Made by a program: the position numbers and the translations under genes
In this document: piece after piece, positions 10,418-20,404 of the stretch
How the letters are laid out: each line of letters opens with the position of its first letter
How positions within the stretch are numbered: position 1 is the stretch's first letter
The notes under the pieces: generated by a model
Seen by the model: only the letters and a program-made list of their open reading frames with translations
What the model was told of the DNA's origin: nothing
Database searches by the model: none
From: Bacteroidota bacterium
GTDB taxonomy: Bacteria; Bacteroidota; Ignavibacteria; UBA10030
Direction: 5' to 3'
Assembly: GCA_040901865.1 (NCBI GenBank)
Contig: JBBDYD010000006.1
Coordinates: 1 to 54,655, forward strand
DNA: 54,655 nt

Positions 10418-11263
10418 ATGATCATTGACTGTCACACCCATATCAATAATTATCACGACGAAGGAAAAGAGTCGCTGCAAGAATGCCTTGCAAACCTTCA
10501 GCGTGAGATGCGATTGAACCGCGTGGACATGGCCATGGTGTTGACGTCTTATAAGCTTGTTCCGGGGAGGCCTTCAACGAGGGATGCCGTGATGGCGACC
10601 CGCGACCTCCGGAACATTTTCATTGTGGCCGGACTCAGCTATCTGAATTTTCGGGAAGATGATCTGGTGGAACTGCGGGAATACCTCAAAGAGGGTTGGG
10701 TCCGCGGGTTGAAGCTGTATCCGGGATATGAGCCTTTCTATCCCAATGATCCGAAGCTGCACAAAGCGTATGAGTTAGCTGCAGAATTCGGCGTGCCCAT
10801 GATGATCCATTCGGGGGATACCTATGACCCAAAGGGGCGTGTGCGGTTCGCCCATCCGCTTCACATCGATGACGTTGCGGTCGATTTTCCCGATGTGAAC
10901 ATCATTATTTGCCATATCGGGAATCCGTGGATACGAGACTGCATGGAAGTGGTGTACAAGAACAAAAATGTCTATACGGACATTTCTGGCCTTGTTCTGG
11001 GCGATTTTTCTGACCGGTTTGAAGCCTATATGCAGAAGCAACTGCAGGATATGCTGAGTTATGGGGTAGAGCCTGACAAAGTGTTGTATGGTACCGATTG
11101 GCCGATCTCATCGATGGACTCGTACGTCCGGTTCATGAGTGAATTGCCCCTTCCCGAAAAAGACAAAAAGAAGATCCTCTTTGAGAATTCCGTCCGGCTG
11201 TTTCACCTTCCTTCGACAATTCAGAAAACCAACGATTTCAACTTCCTCGGCTGGTTGAAGTAG
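10418..11263 (+). CDS. Amidohydrolase-2 family metallohydrolase
   Basis: IIDCHTH, GLKLYPGY, IHSG, CHIGNPW, YGTDWP. Confidence 0.9.
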   Translation: MIIDCHTHINNYHDEGKESLQECLANLQREMRLNRVDMAMVLTSYKLVPGRPSTRDAVMATRDLRNIFIVAGLSYLNFREDDLVELREYLKEGWVRGLKLYPGYEPFYPNDPKLHKAYELAAEFGVPMMIHSGDTYDPKGRVRFAHPLHIDDVAVDFPDVNIIICHIGNPWIRDCMEVVYKNKNVYTDISGLVLGDFSDRFEAYMQKQLQDMLSYGVEPDKVLYGTDWPISSMDSYVRFMSELPLPEKDKKKILFENSVRLFHLPSTIQKTNDFNFLGWLK

Positions 11264-11266
11264 ATT

Positions 11267-12484
11267 TCAAACATTCCGTGTCGTGAGTTTCTTCACGAGC
11301 GGCAGGGTTGCAAAAGAGACCAGGCCCATCAGAATAAACGCGCCCGGATACCCAATGGCAGGCTGCATCCTTCCCACCGCAAATGCAGACCAGGACTCGC
11401 AAAGGTTGGTTGCACCCATGTATGCGCTGAATTGGGTGGCGGCAAGAGACGGATGCGTCGCATCCATCATCATGGCATAACTGGATGAGACAAACAAACC
11501 GATGGAGAAGTACAGGAGTGTCATTCCGGCAACATGCCAGGCGGGGAGCCCGCCGTCCGCCACGATATCCAGAATACCGATCAGCAACACAGCACTTGCC
11601 ATGACGGTGAGAAAGACCCTTACCGATGCTGTTCGACCGATGCGATCTGCGTAGTACCCTCCGATCAAGGAACCGGCGATCATGGCGACAATGGCAGGAA
11701 CGAAAAAGAACCATCCCACATCACCGGTTGTCAATCCCCGATCGATCAGAAAAGGCCCCGCCACACTTCCGACGGCTTCATAGCCGGCGCCTGAGATCGC
11801 AGCAAACATAAGAACATACGCCGCCTGGCGTAAGCGTCCTACCTCCTGCAAGGTTTTGACAAGTGCCGGGAACGAAACAGGAGGCCGGTCGCTTGGATCT
11901 TGCGGCGAGGGTGTGCGTGCGAAAAGAAGTAAAAGCGATGATCCCCAAATCACTCCGAGCAAGAGCAGAACAATGCCGGAAAACCCCACCCAATCCATCG
12001 CAATCAACGCTCCGCCGCCGAGCAACGATCTGCCGGTGAGCATTCCGGCCTGCATCCAGCCGTTCAGAGAGCCGCGTTCCTCCGCATTCGCAGATCGGAT
12101 GCAGAGAGCGTCAATGGCGACATCCTGAGTTGCCGCGCTGATGGAATGGAGAGCAAGAAAACCGAATACCCATGAAAACTGATCATGGAGATCAAGGGCG
12201 AGAAGGGGGAGTAGAGTGATTCCCATCAGCAATTGGGAAGCGATGATCCAGCGCGAAAGTGGCCATCGGTGTTGCAGCACATCGATGGCCGGTGCCCAGA
12301 GGACTTTGAACGCCCAGGGAAGGACGAGAATGGAAGTGAGCGTCGTTATGTCAGCGACGGGAATACCCTGTGAGCGCAGAACAGAGGGAAGGGCCCACCA
12401 GAGGAAACCAATAGGTGCACCCTCACTCAAGTAGAGGACGGAGAAAAAGAACGCCCGTTTACGGCGTGAGGAGAAGAAATCCAA
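11267..12484 (-). CDS. MFS transporter, AmpG/RhtX-like
   Basis: LPWAFKVLWAPAID, AATQDVAIDA, ATQFSAYM; 12-TM pattern. Confidence 0.88.
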   Translation of the reverse strand: MDFFSSRRKRAFFFSVLYLSEGAPIGFLWWALPSVLRSQGIPVADITTLTSILVLPWAFKVLWAPAIDVLQHRWPLSRWIIASQLLMGITLLPLLALDLHDQFSWVFGFLALHSISAATQDVAIDALCIRSANAEERGSLNGWMQAGMLTGRSLLGGGALIAMDWVGFSGIVLLLLGVIWGSSLLLLFARTPSPQDPSDRPPVSFPALVKTLQEVGRLRQAAYVLMFAAISGAGYEAVGSVAGPFLIDRGLTTGDVGWFFFVPAIVAMIAGSLIGGYYADRIGRTASVRVFLTVMASAVLLIGILDIVADGGLPAWHVAGMTLLYFSIGLFVSSSYAMMMDATHPSLAATQFSAYMGATNLCESWSAFAVGRMQPAIGYPGAFILMGLVSFATLPLVKKLTTRNV

Positions 12485-13138
12485 TCACTTTGGCCTGAAA
12501 TGCGGATTGTGCCATTCAAGGAGGGTGGCATATCCTTGGGATTCCTTGTCCGAGGTCATATAGGCCGGCAAGAGCCGTTTCAGAGAGAATCCATTCGAGA
12601 ATTGCACGGTGAGAACCGGATCAAAAATGTCTTTCTGTATGACCTTGGCAATATATTCTTCGGCGGAAAGGGTTGCGGAATGTTCGGCATAACCGGGAAT
12701 GCGCCCACCCAGGATGATTTGTTTGAGATTTCGCTCGATGGCAAGCTGTTTTCTCGCGTCATAAAGTCTTCGCGCCAACCCTCGTCCCTGATACTCGGGA
12801 TCAACCATGATCTCAATTCCGTACAGGGTCTCACCATCCGGGTTATGGTTCCGTATGAACCCGGCATCGGCAATGTCCCGCCAGTTGTGCTTCTCGCCGT
12901 AGGAATCAAAATCAATAACCAGGCTGCTTGATGACCCGATGACCGCGGCCTGAAACTCAATGCACTGCTGGCCTTCCGGGAAAATCTCCAGTTGACTCTG
13001 GATTTGTTCCTTGACCCATGGTTTCATTCCGGGAAAACACTTCCCCTGGAGATTGACGAGATCATCATAATCGGTTATCCGGATCTGGCGCAGATGGATT
13101 GCTCCTTCGAAATGTCCTTTGTTCAACTGTTCTGACAT
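12485..13138 (-). CDS. GNAT family N-acetyltransferase
   Basis: LYGIEIMVDPEYQGRGLARRLY acetyl-CoA motif, GGRIPGY, DPVL; ATG 13138 after GGAGG. Confidence 0.88.
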   Translation of the reverse strand: MSEQLNKGHFEGAIHLRQIRITDYDDLVNLQGKCFPGMKPWVKEQIQSQLEIFPEGQQCIEFQAAVIGSSSSLVIDFDSYGEKHNWRDIADAGFIRNHNPDGETLYGIEIMVDPEYQGRGLARRLYDARKQLAIERNLKQIILGGRIPGYAEHSATLSAEEYIAKVIQKDIFDPVLTVQFSNGFSLKRLLPAYMTSDKESQGYATLLEWHNPHFRPK

Positions 13139-13266
13139 GGTGCCTCCCAAAAAAATATACCCTCCTCATGACTGACCTGCAAGGAAAAAGGGAAGGATGT
13201 TTAGTTTCTTTCCGAATTAAATTGTATTTTTCCCGCTGCCTTTCATTGCCAAACCGCTAATTCAAC

Positions 13267-14400
13267 ATGCACATGCACGAATTGCCAACTCCTGCACTTT
13301 TGATCGATCTGGACATCCTGGAACGCAACCTGTCCGGGATGCAGAAGAAGGCGGATCAACTCGGTGTTTCTCTTCGCCCCCACATCAAGACCCACAAGTC
13401 TCTCGAAATCGGAAAACGCCAGCGGGAACTTGGAGCAAAGGGAATAACGGTTTCGACATTTCATGAGGCGGAAGTGTTCGCGAACGCGGGATTTGACGAT
13501 ATCACCTGGGCATTCCCATTTCCCCCGGTCTACGCGCCAAAGTTTGCAGGCATTTCCGAAACCACCACCCTCCGGTTGATGATCGATAGCAAGGAGGCAA
13601 AGGGACATCTCGACAAGCTTGCACGAACATTGAACCGAAAGATCCATGTTTGGCTCAAAATCGACTGCGGCTACCATCGCGCAGGAGTCGATCCGAAATC
13701 TCCAGAGGCCGAAGGGCTTGTAAAGGCATTATCCGAATCCAAGGTGCTGGCATTCGACGGCATTCTCTCGCATTCCGGCCACTCGTATTACGCCAGACAG
13801 CGCGAGGAGATCGTTCCTTTTGCTCACGAAGAACGTGATACCATGACCGCGTTTGCAGAGCGCATGAGGAGCAAGGGCTATGTGATTCCCGCAATCAGTA
13901 TCGGTTCTACGCCAGTCATGTCGGTTATTGAGGATTTAAAAGGGATCAACGAAGTCCGGCCTGGTAATTACGCGTTCTATGATTATACTCAGGCGATGAT
14001 TGGAAGCTGTAGCGTGGGAGACTGTGCTCTCACCGTGCTGGCATCCGTGATTTCCCATCAACCCGGGTCGTCGCACTTTGTGACCGATGCCGGGGCCCTT
14101 GCACTCTCAAAGGATGCGGGTCCAACCCACGTCAAGAACCAGATGGGCATGGGGATCATTTTTGAAAATTACGAGAGAAAGCGTCTTGCGGCCCATTTGC
14201 AGTTAACAACGTTGTCGCAGGAGCATGGCAAGGTAACGGCCGCGGCCAGTCAGATGATCGAGGGCAAATATGTAGTCGGGGATCGTGTGCGGATTCTTGA
14301 ACATCATTCATGTCTGACGGCTGCAAATTTCGATCAGTATTACGTCGTCAGGGAAGAGGAAGTGGTGGAGGAATGGAAGATTTGGCGGGGGAGGGTCTAG
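13267..14400 (+). CDS. Fold-type III PLP enzyme (D-threonine aldolase / D-serine dehydratase family)
   Basis: TPALLID, LRPHIKTHK (PLP lysine), HRAGV, HSGHSY, EVRPGNY, SQEHG, HSCL. Confidence 0.9.
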   Translation: MHMHELPTPALLIDLDILERNLSGMQKKADQLGVSLRPHIKTHKSLEIGKRQRELGAKGITVSTFHEAEVFANAGFDDITWAFPFPPVYAPKFAGISETTTLRLMIDSKEAKGHLDKLARTLNRKIHVWLKIDCGYHRAGVDPKSPEAEGLVKALSESKVLAFDGILSHSGHSYYARQREEIVPFAHEERDTMTAFAERMRSKGYVIPAISIGSTPVMSVIEDLKGINEVRPGNYAFYDYTQAMIGSCSVGDCALTVLASVISHQPGSSHFVTDAGALALSKDAGPTHVKNQMGMGIIFENYERKRLAAHLQLTTLSQEHGKVTAAASQMIEGKYVVGDRVRILEHHSCLTAANFDQYYVVREEEVVEEWKIWRGRV

Positions 14401-14401
14401 T

Positions 14402-14436
14402 GATTGCGGATTTCGGATTGAGGATTGCGGACTGCG
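14402..14436. repeat. Intergenic tandem heptamer repeat, 5 imperfect units
   Basis: GATTGCG GATTTCG GATTGAG GATTGCG GACTGCG read directly. Confidence 0.8.
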
Positions 14437-14451
14437 AGCATCAGGGGATTG

Positions 14452-16464
14452 ATGGCTAAGACTTCAACATTGGAAACCACGGAAGTCCGCTTTGAAAGCA
14501 ACGGGCTTAGCAGGGACACACTGGTTGAGCTGTTCAGGGGGATGCTGTTGCCGAGAATGATCGAAGAGAAAATGCTTCTGCTGATCCGTCAGGGAAAGCT
14601 CAGCAAGTGGTTTTCCGGCGTGGGTCAGGAGGCGATCTCGGTCGGGGTTACGCACGCTCTTCGTGATTCAGACTATATCCTTCCGCTTCACCGCAATCTC
14701 GGCGTGTTTACATCCCGTACCATGCCTTTGCAGAAGCTGTTTGCACAATGGCAGGGAAAACGCTCGGGATTCACAAAGGCCAGGGACCGGTCGTTTCACT
14801 TTGGAGCGCCGGAATACAGAGTGATTGGCATGATTTCGCAACTTGGAGCTATGTTGGGGGTTGCAGACGGCCTTGCGCTCGCCAGCAACCTTGACGGTCG
14901 CGACGATATTGCGCTTGTGTTTTCGGGAGACGGCGGCACGAGCGAGGGAGATTTTCACGAGGCGGTGAATGTCGCAGCTGTCTGGGACCTGCCTGTTATT
15001 TTCCTGATCGAGAATAACGGATACGGCCTGTCCACGCCGTCTCATGAGCAATTCCGGTGCCGACAGATGATCGACAAAGCGATCGGGTATGGGATCGAGG
15101 GTATCAAGGTGGATGGGAATAACATCCTCGATGTCTACAGCACGACAAAACGCATCGCAGAACAGATGCGCCGCGACCGAAAGCCCGTGATTCTGGAAGC
15201 AATGACCTTTCGCCTGCGCGGTCATGAAGAGGCCTCCGGGGTCAAGTATGTTCCCCCTTCACTGATTGAAGAATGGAAAAAACGCGATCCGGTGATGAAT
15301 TTTGAGGAACATCTTCGCACTTCTGAAGTATTGACTGAAGCGGCGATCAAAACAATTCGAACAGAGTTCAAGGAAGCCATAGATGTTGCGTGGAACGCGG
15401 CACTGCTGGAACCGGATGTCACGGCCTCAGAAGAGGAGGAACTCCGCGATGTGTATGCGGCGGCACCGCAGGAACCTGGTACCCCACCGGCAGATCGCGG
15501 GCCGTCGAAGCGCTTTGTTGATGCAATAGCCGAAGGGCTCCGGCAGGGAATGGAATTTGATCCGAAGCTTGTCCTCATGGGCCAGGACATCGCCGAATAT
15601 GGTGGCGTGTTTAAAGTGACCGAAGGGTTTGTTCAGAAGTTCGGCAAAGAGCGGGTACGTAATACTCCGCTGTGCGAATCGGCGATCATCGCAACAGGGC
15701 TCGGTCTCTCTCTGGCCGGCCGTGCATCGATGGTGGAAATGCAATTCGCGGACTTTGTAAGCTGTGGGTTCAACCAGATTGTGAACAATCTGGCAAAGAC
15801 CCACTTTCGATGGGGTCATGGAGTGAACGTCACTGTCCGCATGCCTACCGGCGCGGGAGTCGGAGCCGGGCCGTTCCATTCACAAAGCACGGAGGCGTGG
15901 TTTACGCATATCCCCGGTTTGCGCGTAGTCTATCCGGCAACACCGTTTGATGCCAAGGGGTTGCTGACGGCTGCGCTTCGCGAGCCAAATCCTGTTTTGT
16001 TCTTTGAACACAAGCATCTTTACAGGAGCCTTGAAGGGCCGGTACCGGATGAGTATTATACGATTCCACTGGGTCAAGCAAGCGTGGTTCAGGAAGGGGC
16101 GGACATCACGCTGGTGACGTACGGATTGGGTGTGCACTGGGCACTGGAAGTCTCGAGGGAATTCAAAGAGAGCGGCATCGAAATCATCGACCTTCGGACC
16201 TTGCTCCCATGGGATCGCGAAACAGTGTTTGCTTCTGTTCGAAAAACAAACCGGTGCCTTGTTCTTCATGAAGATACGCTGGTCGGCGGGTTCGGCGGTG
16301 AAATTGGGTCATCGATCCAGGAGGAGTGCTTTCGTTTTCTCGATGCTCCGGTTATGCGGCTGGGATCCCTCGAAACACCGGTGCCGTTCAACACAGAGCT
16401 CGAAAAGCAGTTCCTTGCCAAGAGCAGACTGAACGGGAAACTTACCGAACTTCTTTCTTATTGA
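14452..16464 (+). CDS. 2-oxoacid (probably branched-chain) dehydrogenase E1, fused alpha+beta subunits
   Basis: GQEA, GDGGTSEG...NN TPP motif, RLRGH, YGGVFKVT, RNTPLCE, EMQFADF, GPFHSQ, FFEHK. Confidence 0.93.
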   Translation: MAKTSTLETTEVRFESNGLSRDTLVELFRGMLLPRMIEEKMLLLIRQGKLSKWFSGVGQEAISVGVTHALRDSDYILPLHRNLGVFTSRTMPLQKLFAQWQGKRSGFTKARDRSFHFGAPEYRVIGMISQLGAMLGVADGLALASNLDGRDDIALVFSGDGGTSEGDFHEAVNVAAVWDLPVIFLIENNGYGLSTPSHEQFRCRQMIDKAIGYGIEGIKVDGNNILDVYSTTKRIAEQMRRDRKPVILEAMTFRLRGHEEASGVKYVPPSLIEEWKKRDPVMNFEEHLRTSEVLTEAAIKTIRTEFKEAIDVAWNAALLEPDVTASEEEELRDVYAAAPQEPGTPPADRGPSKRFVDAIAEGLRQGMEFDPKLVLMGQDIAEYGGVFKVTEGFVQKFGKERVRNTPLCESAIIATGLGLSLAGRASMVEMQFADFVSCGFNQIVNNLAKTHFRWGHGVNVTVRMPTGAGVGAGPFHSQSTEAWFTHIPGLRVVYPATPFDAKGLLTAALREPNPVLFFEHKHLYRSLEGPVPDEYYTIPLGQASVVQEGADITLVTYGLGVHWALEVSREFKESGIEIIDLRTLLPWDRETVFASVRKTNRCLVLHEDTLVGGFGGEIGSSIQEECFRFLDAPVMRLGSLETPVPFNTELEKQFLAKSRLNGKLTELLSY

Positions 16465-16467
16465 GCA

Positions 16468-17244
16468 ATGACAATGCAAACCCTCAAAAACTCAGTGGTT
16501 TTGATTACCGGCGCGAGCAGCGGAATTGGGCGTTCCTGTTCCGTGAAATTTGCCGACGCCGGGGCTCGTCTGATCCTGGCGGCCCGACGGAAAGACCGGC
16601 TGGATGCTATCGCCCTCAACCTTGGGAAGAACACTGACGTGTTGACCCTGCAACTCGACGTCAGGGATCACCAGGCCGTTGGGAAAGTGTTGGGAGATCT
16701 TCCAAAGCAATGGCAGGGGGTCGATGTTCTCGTCAATAATGCAGGATTGAGCCGCGGGCTTGATAAGCTTCACGAAGGGAAGATTGATGATTGGGAGGAG
16801 ATGATTGATACAAACATAAAAGGCCTCCTCTATGTAAGCAGGGCGATTATCCCGGGGATGGTGAGCCGCGGGAAAGGGACGATTATTAACATCGGGTCCG
16901 TTGCCGGTCATGAGGTGTACCCGCGCGGCAATGTGTATAGTGCCACCAAGTTTGCCGTTGACGCGTTGACCAGGGGATTACGAATGGACCTCATGGACAC
17001 GCCGCTGCGCGTGTGTACTGTCGATCCCGGGCTTGTCGAAACGGAGTTCAGTATGGTGCGATTCAGGGGTGATGAGGAGAAGGCAAAGGTTGTCTATCAA
17101 AATTTAGAGCCGCTGAAGCCCGACGATGTTGCGGAGGCGGTGGTGTTTTGCGCAACCCGGCCGCCACATGTGCAGATTGCGGAGATGATCGTGTTGCCGA
17201 CGGCGCAGGCCTCAACGACCATGGTGCATAGGAAAACAAACTAG
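16468..17244 (+). CDS. NADP-dependent short-chain dehydrogenase (YdfG-like)
   Basis: TGASSGIG, NNAG, YSATK, DPGLVETEFS. Confidence 0.92.
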   Translation: MTMQTLKNSVVLITGASSGIGRSCSVKFADAGARLILAARRKDRLDAIALNLGKNTDVLTLQLDVRDHQAVGKVLGDLPKQWQGVDVLVNNAGLSRGLDKLHEGKIDDWEEMIDTNIKGLLYVSRAIIPGMVSRGKGTIINIGSVAGHEVYPRGNVYSATKFAVDALTRGLRMDLMDTPLRVCTVDPGLVETEFSMVRFRGDEEKAKVVYQNLEPLKPDDVAEAVVFCATRPPHVQIAEMIVLPTAQASTTMVHRKTN

Positions 17245-17302
17245 GGTGAAGTCCGATTTCTTCAGCTGAACTCACTGTGCAGAAATCGGGCATCATGCTG
17301 GC

Positions 17303-17674
17303 ATGTCCAAACTCTTTCTTGTCATAGGATCTCTTCTGGCACTGACCGGTGTGGCCGCGGGCGCTTTTGGAGCACACACTCTTCGCGACGTCCTGAGCAT
17401 TGAACGCCTCGAGGTGTTCCATACCGCTGTCCGGTACCAGATGTATCATGCTTTCGCCCTTTTTGTCGCCGGATGGGCTTTGGATAAGTATGAACGGCGT
17501 CAATTCGTCAAAGCCGGCTGGATGTTTCTGGCGGGGGTTGCACTCTTTTCGGGAAGCCTGTACATTCTAGTTGCCACCGAAGTCCGGTGGCTGGGTGCCG
17601 TGACGCCGGTGGGCGGAATGGCATTTTTGGCCGGTTGGTTCTTTCTTGCAAAGGGATTTTGGAAACTGCGATGA
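17303..17674 (+). CDS. DUF423 (YgdD/TMEM256) membrane protein
   Basis: GAFGAH, TAVRYQMYH, FSGSLY, TPVGG. Confidence 0.92.
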   Translation: MSKLFLVIGSLLALTGVAAGAFGAHTLRDVLSIERLEVFHTAVRYQMYHAFALFVAGWALDKYERRQFVKAGWMFLAGVALFSGSLYILVATEVRWLGAVTPVGGMAFLAGWFFLAKGFWKLR

Positions 17675-19167
17675 TCTTCAACGCCGATAGAAAACAAGAA
17701 CGACTCGAAAACGTGTTTGAACGCTTTCGCCGCAATATTGTGGGCCATAACCAGAAATTCCGCACACCCTACGGCGAACAGCGGATTCTCTACGCAGACT
17801 GGACGGCAAGCGGCCGGCTGTATCTTCCGATCGAGCGTGCCATGATGGAAACCTTCGGGCCGTTTGTCGGCAACACGCATTCCGAGTCTAACGTCACAGG
17901 CACCACAATGACTCAGGCGTATCACCGGGCAAACGCCATCATCAAGAAGCATGTAAACGCAAGCCCGGATGACGTGTTGCTGAACGTTGGGTTTGGCATG
18001 ACGGCCGCGATCAACAAGCTCCAGCGCATCTTGGGGCTGAAAATACCCGAGCGGTTCGAAAAGAAAATCGCACTCAAGGACAAAGACCGGCCGGTGGTGT
18101 TTGTCACGCACATGGAGCATCATTCGAATCAAACGACCTGGCAGGAGACCGTTGCCGACGTTGTAGTGATAAGGCAGACAGGCGAGGGATTGGTGGACCT
18201 TGATGACCTGCGCCAGCTTCTCAAGAAGCATAAAAGCCGCAAGCTGAAGATCGGCTCATTCTCGGCGTGTTCCAATGTTACCGGCATTGAATTGCCTGTG
18301 CACACATTGGCGCGAGTCATGCACGAGCACGGTGGTGTCTGCTTCGTCGATTATGCGGCATCTGCTCCGTACGTTCCCATCAACATGCATCCGGCGGACC
18401 CGAAGGAAAAACTAGACGCGATCATTTTCTCCCCGCACAAATTCCTCGGCGGCCCCGGATCTTCCGGCGTGCTTATTTTCGATTCGCATCTCTACCATCT
18501 CAAATCGCCAGATCAACCCGGCGGGGGAACAGTCCTTTGGACGAACCCGTGGGGGAAGCACCGGTTCAAGCCGGAGATAGAGGAACGCGAAGACGGAGGA
18601 ACACCTGGATTTCTTCAGGCCATTAAAGCCGCTCTCACCATTCAGCTCAAAGAGGAAATGGGCACGGAATTAATGAGAAAGCGGGAAGAAGAACTTGTGG
18701 CAAAAATCTTCGAGGGATTGACCGGTATTCCGGGTCTTATTGTCCTCGCCGACAATATCCGGAAACGGCTGGGGATGATTTCATTCTACTTCGAGCACAT
18801 CCACTACAACCTTATTGTGAGACTGCTGAACGATCGGTTTGGAATTCAAATGCGCGGAGGATGTTCATGTGCAGGAACGTATGGCCACTATCTTCTTCAC
18901 GTGGACAAGTACACATCAAAACGAATCACCGACAAGATCAATCACGGTGACATGTCGACAAAGCCCGGCTGGGTAAGAATGTCGATCCATCCCACCACCA
19001 CTGATGCCGAGGTTGTGACCATTATTGGAGCTCTGCGGGAGATTGGAAAGAAAGCAAAAGAATGGGAATCCGACTATCAGTATGATGCACGCCTGAACGA
19101 ATTCCGGCACAAGAATGACCTTCACACGATCGCAAGTCCCATCGACGGTTGGTTTGAACTGAAGTGA
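17671..19167 (+). CDS. Class-V PLP aminotransferase / cysteine desulfurase-like enzyme
   Basis: YADWTASGR, MEHHSN, SNVTG, SPHKFLGGPG, GGTP, RGGCSCAG; ATG 17671 overlaps upstream stop. Confidence 0.9.
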   Translation: MIFNADRKQERLENVFERFRRNIVGHNQKFRTPYGEQRILYADWTASGRLYLPIERAMMETFGPFVGNTHSESNVTGTTMTQAYHRANAIIKKHVNASPDDVLLNVGFGMTAAINKLQRILGLKIPERFEKKIALKDKDRPVVFVTHMEHHSNQTTWQETVADVVVIRQTGEGLVDLDDLRQLLKKHKSRKLKIGSFSACSNVTGIELPVHTLARVMHEHGGVCFVDYAASAPYVPINMHPADPKEKLDAIIFSPHKFLGGPGSSGVLIFDSHLYHLKSPDQPGGGTVLWTNPWGKHRFKPEIEEREDGGTPGFLQAIKAALTIQLKEEMGTELMRKREEELVAKIFEGLTGIPGLIVLADNIRKRLGMISFYFEHIHYNLIVRLLNDRFGIQMRGGCSCAGTYGHYLLHVDKYTSKRITDKINHGDMSTKPGWVRMSIHPTTTDAEVVTIIGALREIGKKAKEWESDYQYDARLNEFRHKNDLHTIASPIDGWFELK

Positions 19168-19192
19168 GCGCCCCCGCTGCTTGACGGCGGAA

Positions 19193-20275
19193 TTACGGAA
19201 GGGTTACCAACACCGTAGTGGTCTTTTCGTATTCGCTGTTGATCTCCATCGTTCCCCCATGAAGTTCCACCAGCCGCCGGGCGACCGTTAATCCAAGACC
19301 CTGCCCCTGCTGCTCGTATACCTGCCGTTCAAACTGCACAAACGCTCCGATCTGCGAGATCTGTTCCGCAGTGATTCCGCGCCCCTGGTCGGTCACAGAA
19401 AACAAGAACTTATCGTTGCGATTCTCCGATCGAACAAGAACATGAGTGCCGGTTTTTGAATACCGGAAGCCGTTGTCGACCAATTCTTCAACAATTTTCG
19501 AGAAATACTTCGGAGAAACCGATACACGCCCGGCGCTCAGGTGCAGGTACAGGTCGGCCGTTCGGCCAAAATCACTTGCCTTCTGAACAGCGATCTGCTC
19601 AATGGAGCGCTCCGCCTCGGGGGTTTCGGAATCGAACAGCTCCTTCTTGTGCATCTCTGCCTGGTGGAACTCCATTTGCGCATATAAAAGGTAGTTTTCC
19701 ACCAGCCGCTCGAGCCGCTTCGCGTTCCTGTGTATCCGCTCGGCCATTCGTCCGACCTCCAACGGTTCAAGGTTGTCAAATTGTTTTCGCATGATGTCGG
19801 AGTATCCCAGAATCCCGTTAAGCGGAGTGCGCATTTCGTGTGGAACGGTTATAGACATTGATGCACGAAGTTCGTCCAAACGCTTGGAGGCCTGCAGGGA
19901 GACTTTTTGATGCTTGTCGAGGCGTGTTTTGACGGCGGCGAGCAGCACTTCCGGCGCGAAGGGTTTCGGAATAAAATCATCAGCGCCCAGCTGCATGGAT
20001 TGTCGCATGACGCTCATTTCAGACATGCCAGTGATGAAAATGAGAGGAATGGTGGACGTCGCTTGATCATTCCGGATGGCGCTTAACATGCTGTAACCGT
20101 CGCCCCGCTCCATTTGAATATCGCTGAGAATCAGATCGGGAGCATGTTGCCGGGCCAATTCGAATCCCTCAGCCCCGTTTTCCGCACCGATCGCTTCATA
20201 TCCATGCGATTTCAGTATGGTCATGATCATCAACCGCTGCATTTTTTCATCCTCAACAACAAGAATTCTTGCCAT
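19193..20275 (-). CDS. Hybrid response regulator-histidine kinase (REC + HisKA + HATPase)
   Basis: VVEDE, SDIQM, KPF; HEMRTPLNG H-box; DNGFRY, DQGRG, GQGLGL. Confidence 0.93.
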   Translation of the reverse strand: MARILVVEDEKMQRLMIMTILKSHGYEAIGAENGAEGFELARQHAPDLILSDIQMERGDGYSMLSAIRNDQATSTIPLIFITGMSEMSVMRQSMQLGADDFIPKPFAPEVLLAAVKTRLDKHQKVSLQASKRLDELRASMSITVPHEMRTPLNGILGYSDIMRKQFDNLEPLEVGRMAERIHRNAKRLERLVENYLLYAQMEFHQAEMHKKELFDSETPEAERSIEQIAVQKASDFGRTADLYLHLSAGRVSVSPKYFSKIVEELVDNGFRYSKTGTHVLVRSENRNDKFLFSVTDQGRGITAEQISQIGAFVQFERQVYEQQGQGLGLTVARRLVELHGGTMEINSEYEKTTTVLVTLP

Positions 20276-20404
20276 CTCTTTTTTTCAACGAATAGTTCTG
20301 AATGAAACAAACAGGAATGAATACCTAATTAAGAAAGTTTTCCCGTAAAACAAAACTGAATCGGATGATGAATTATGTCATCACGTGGTGATGGAATCAT
20401 GTAG

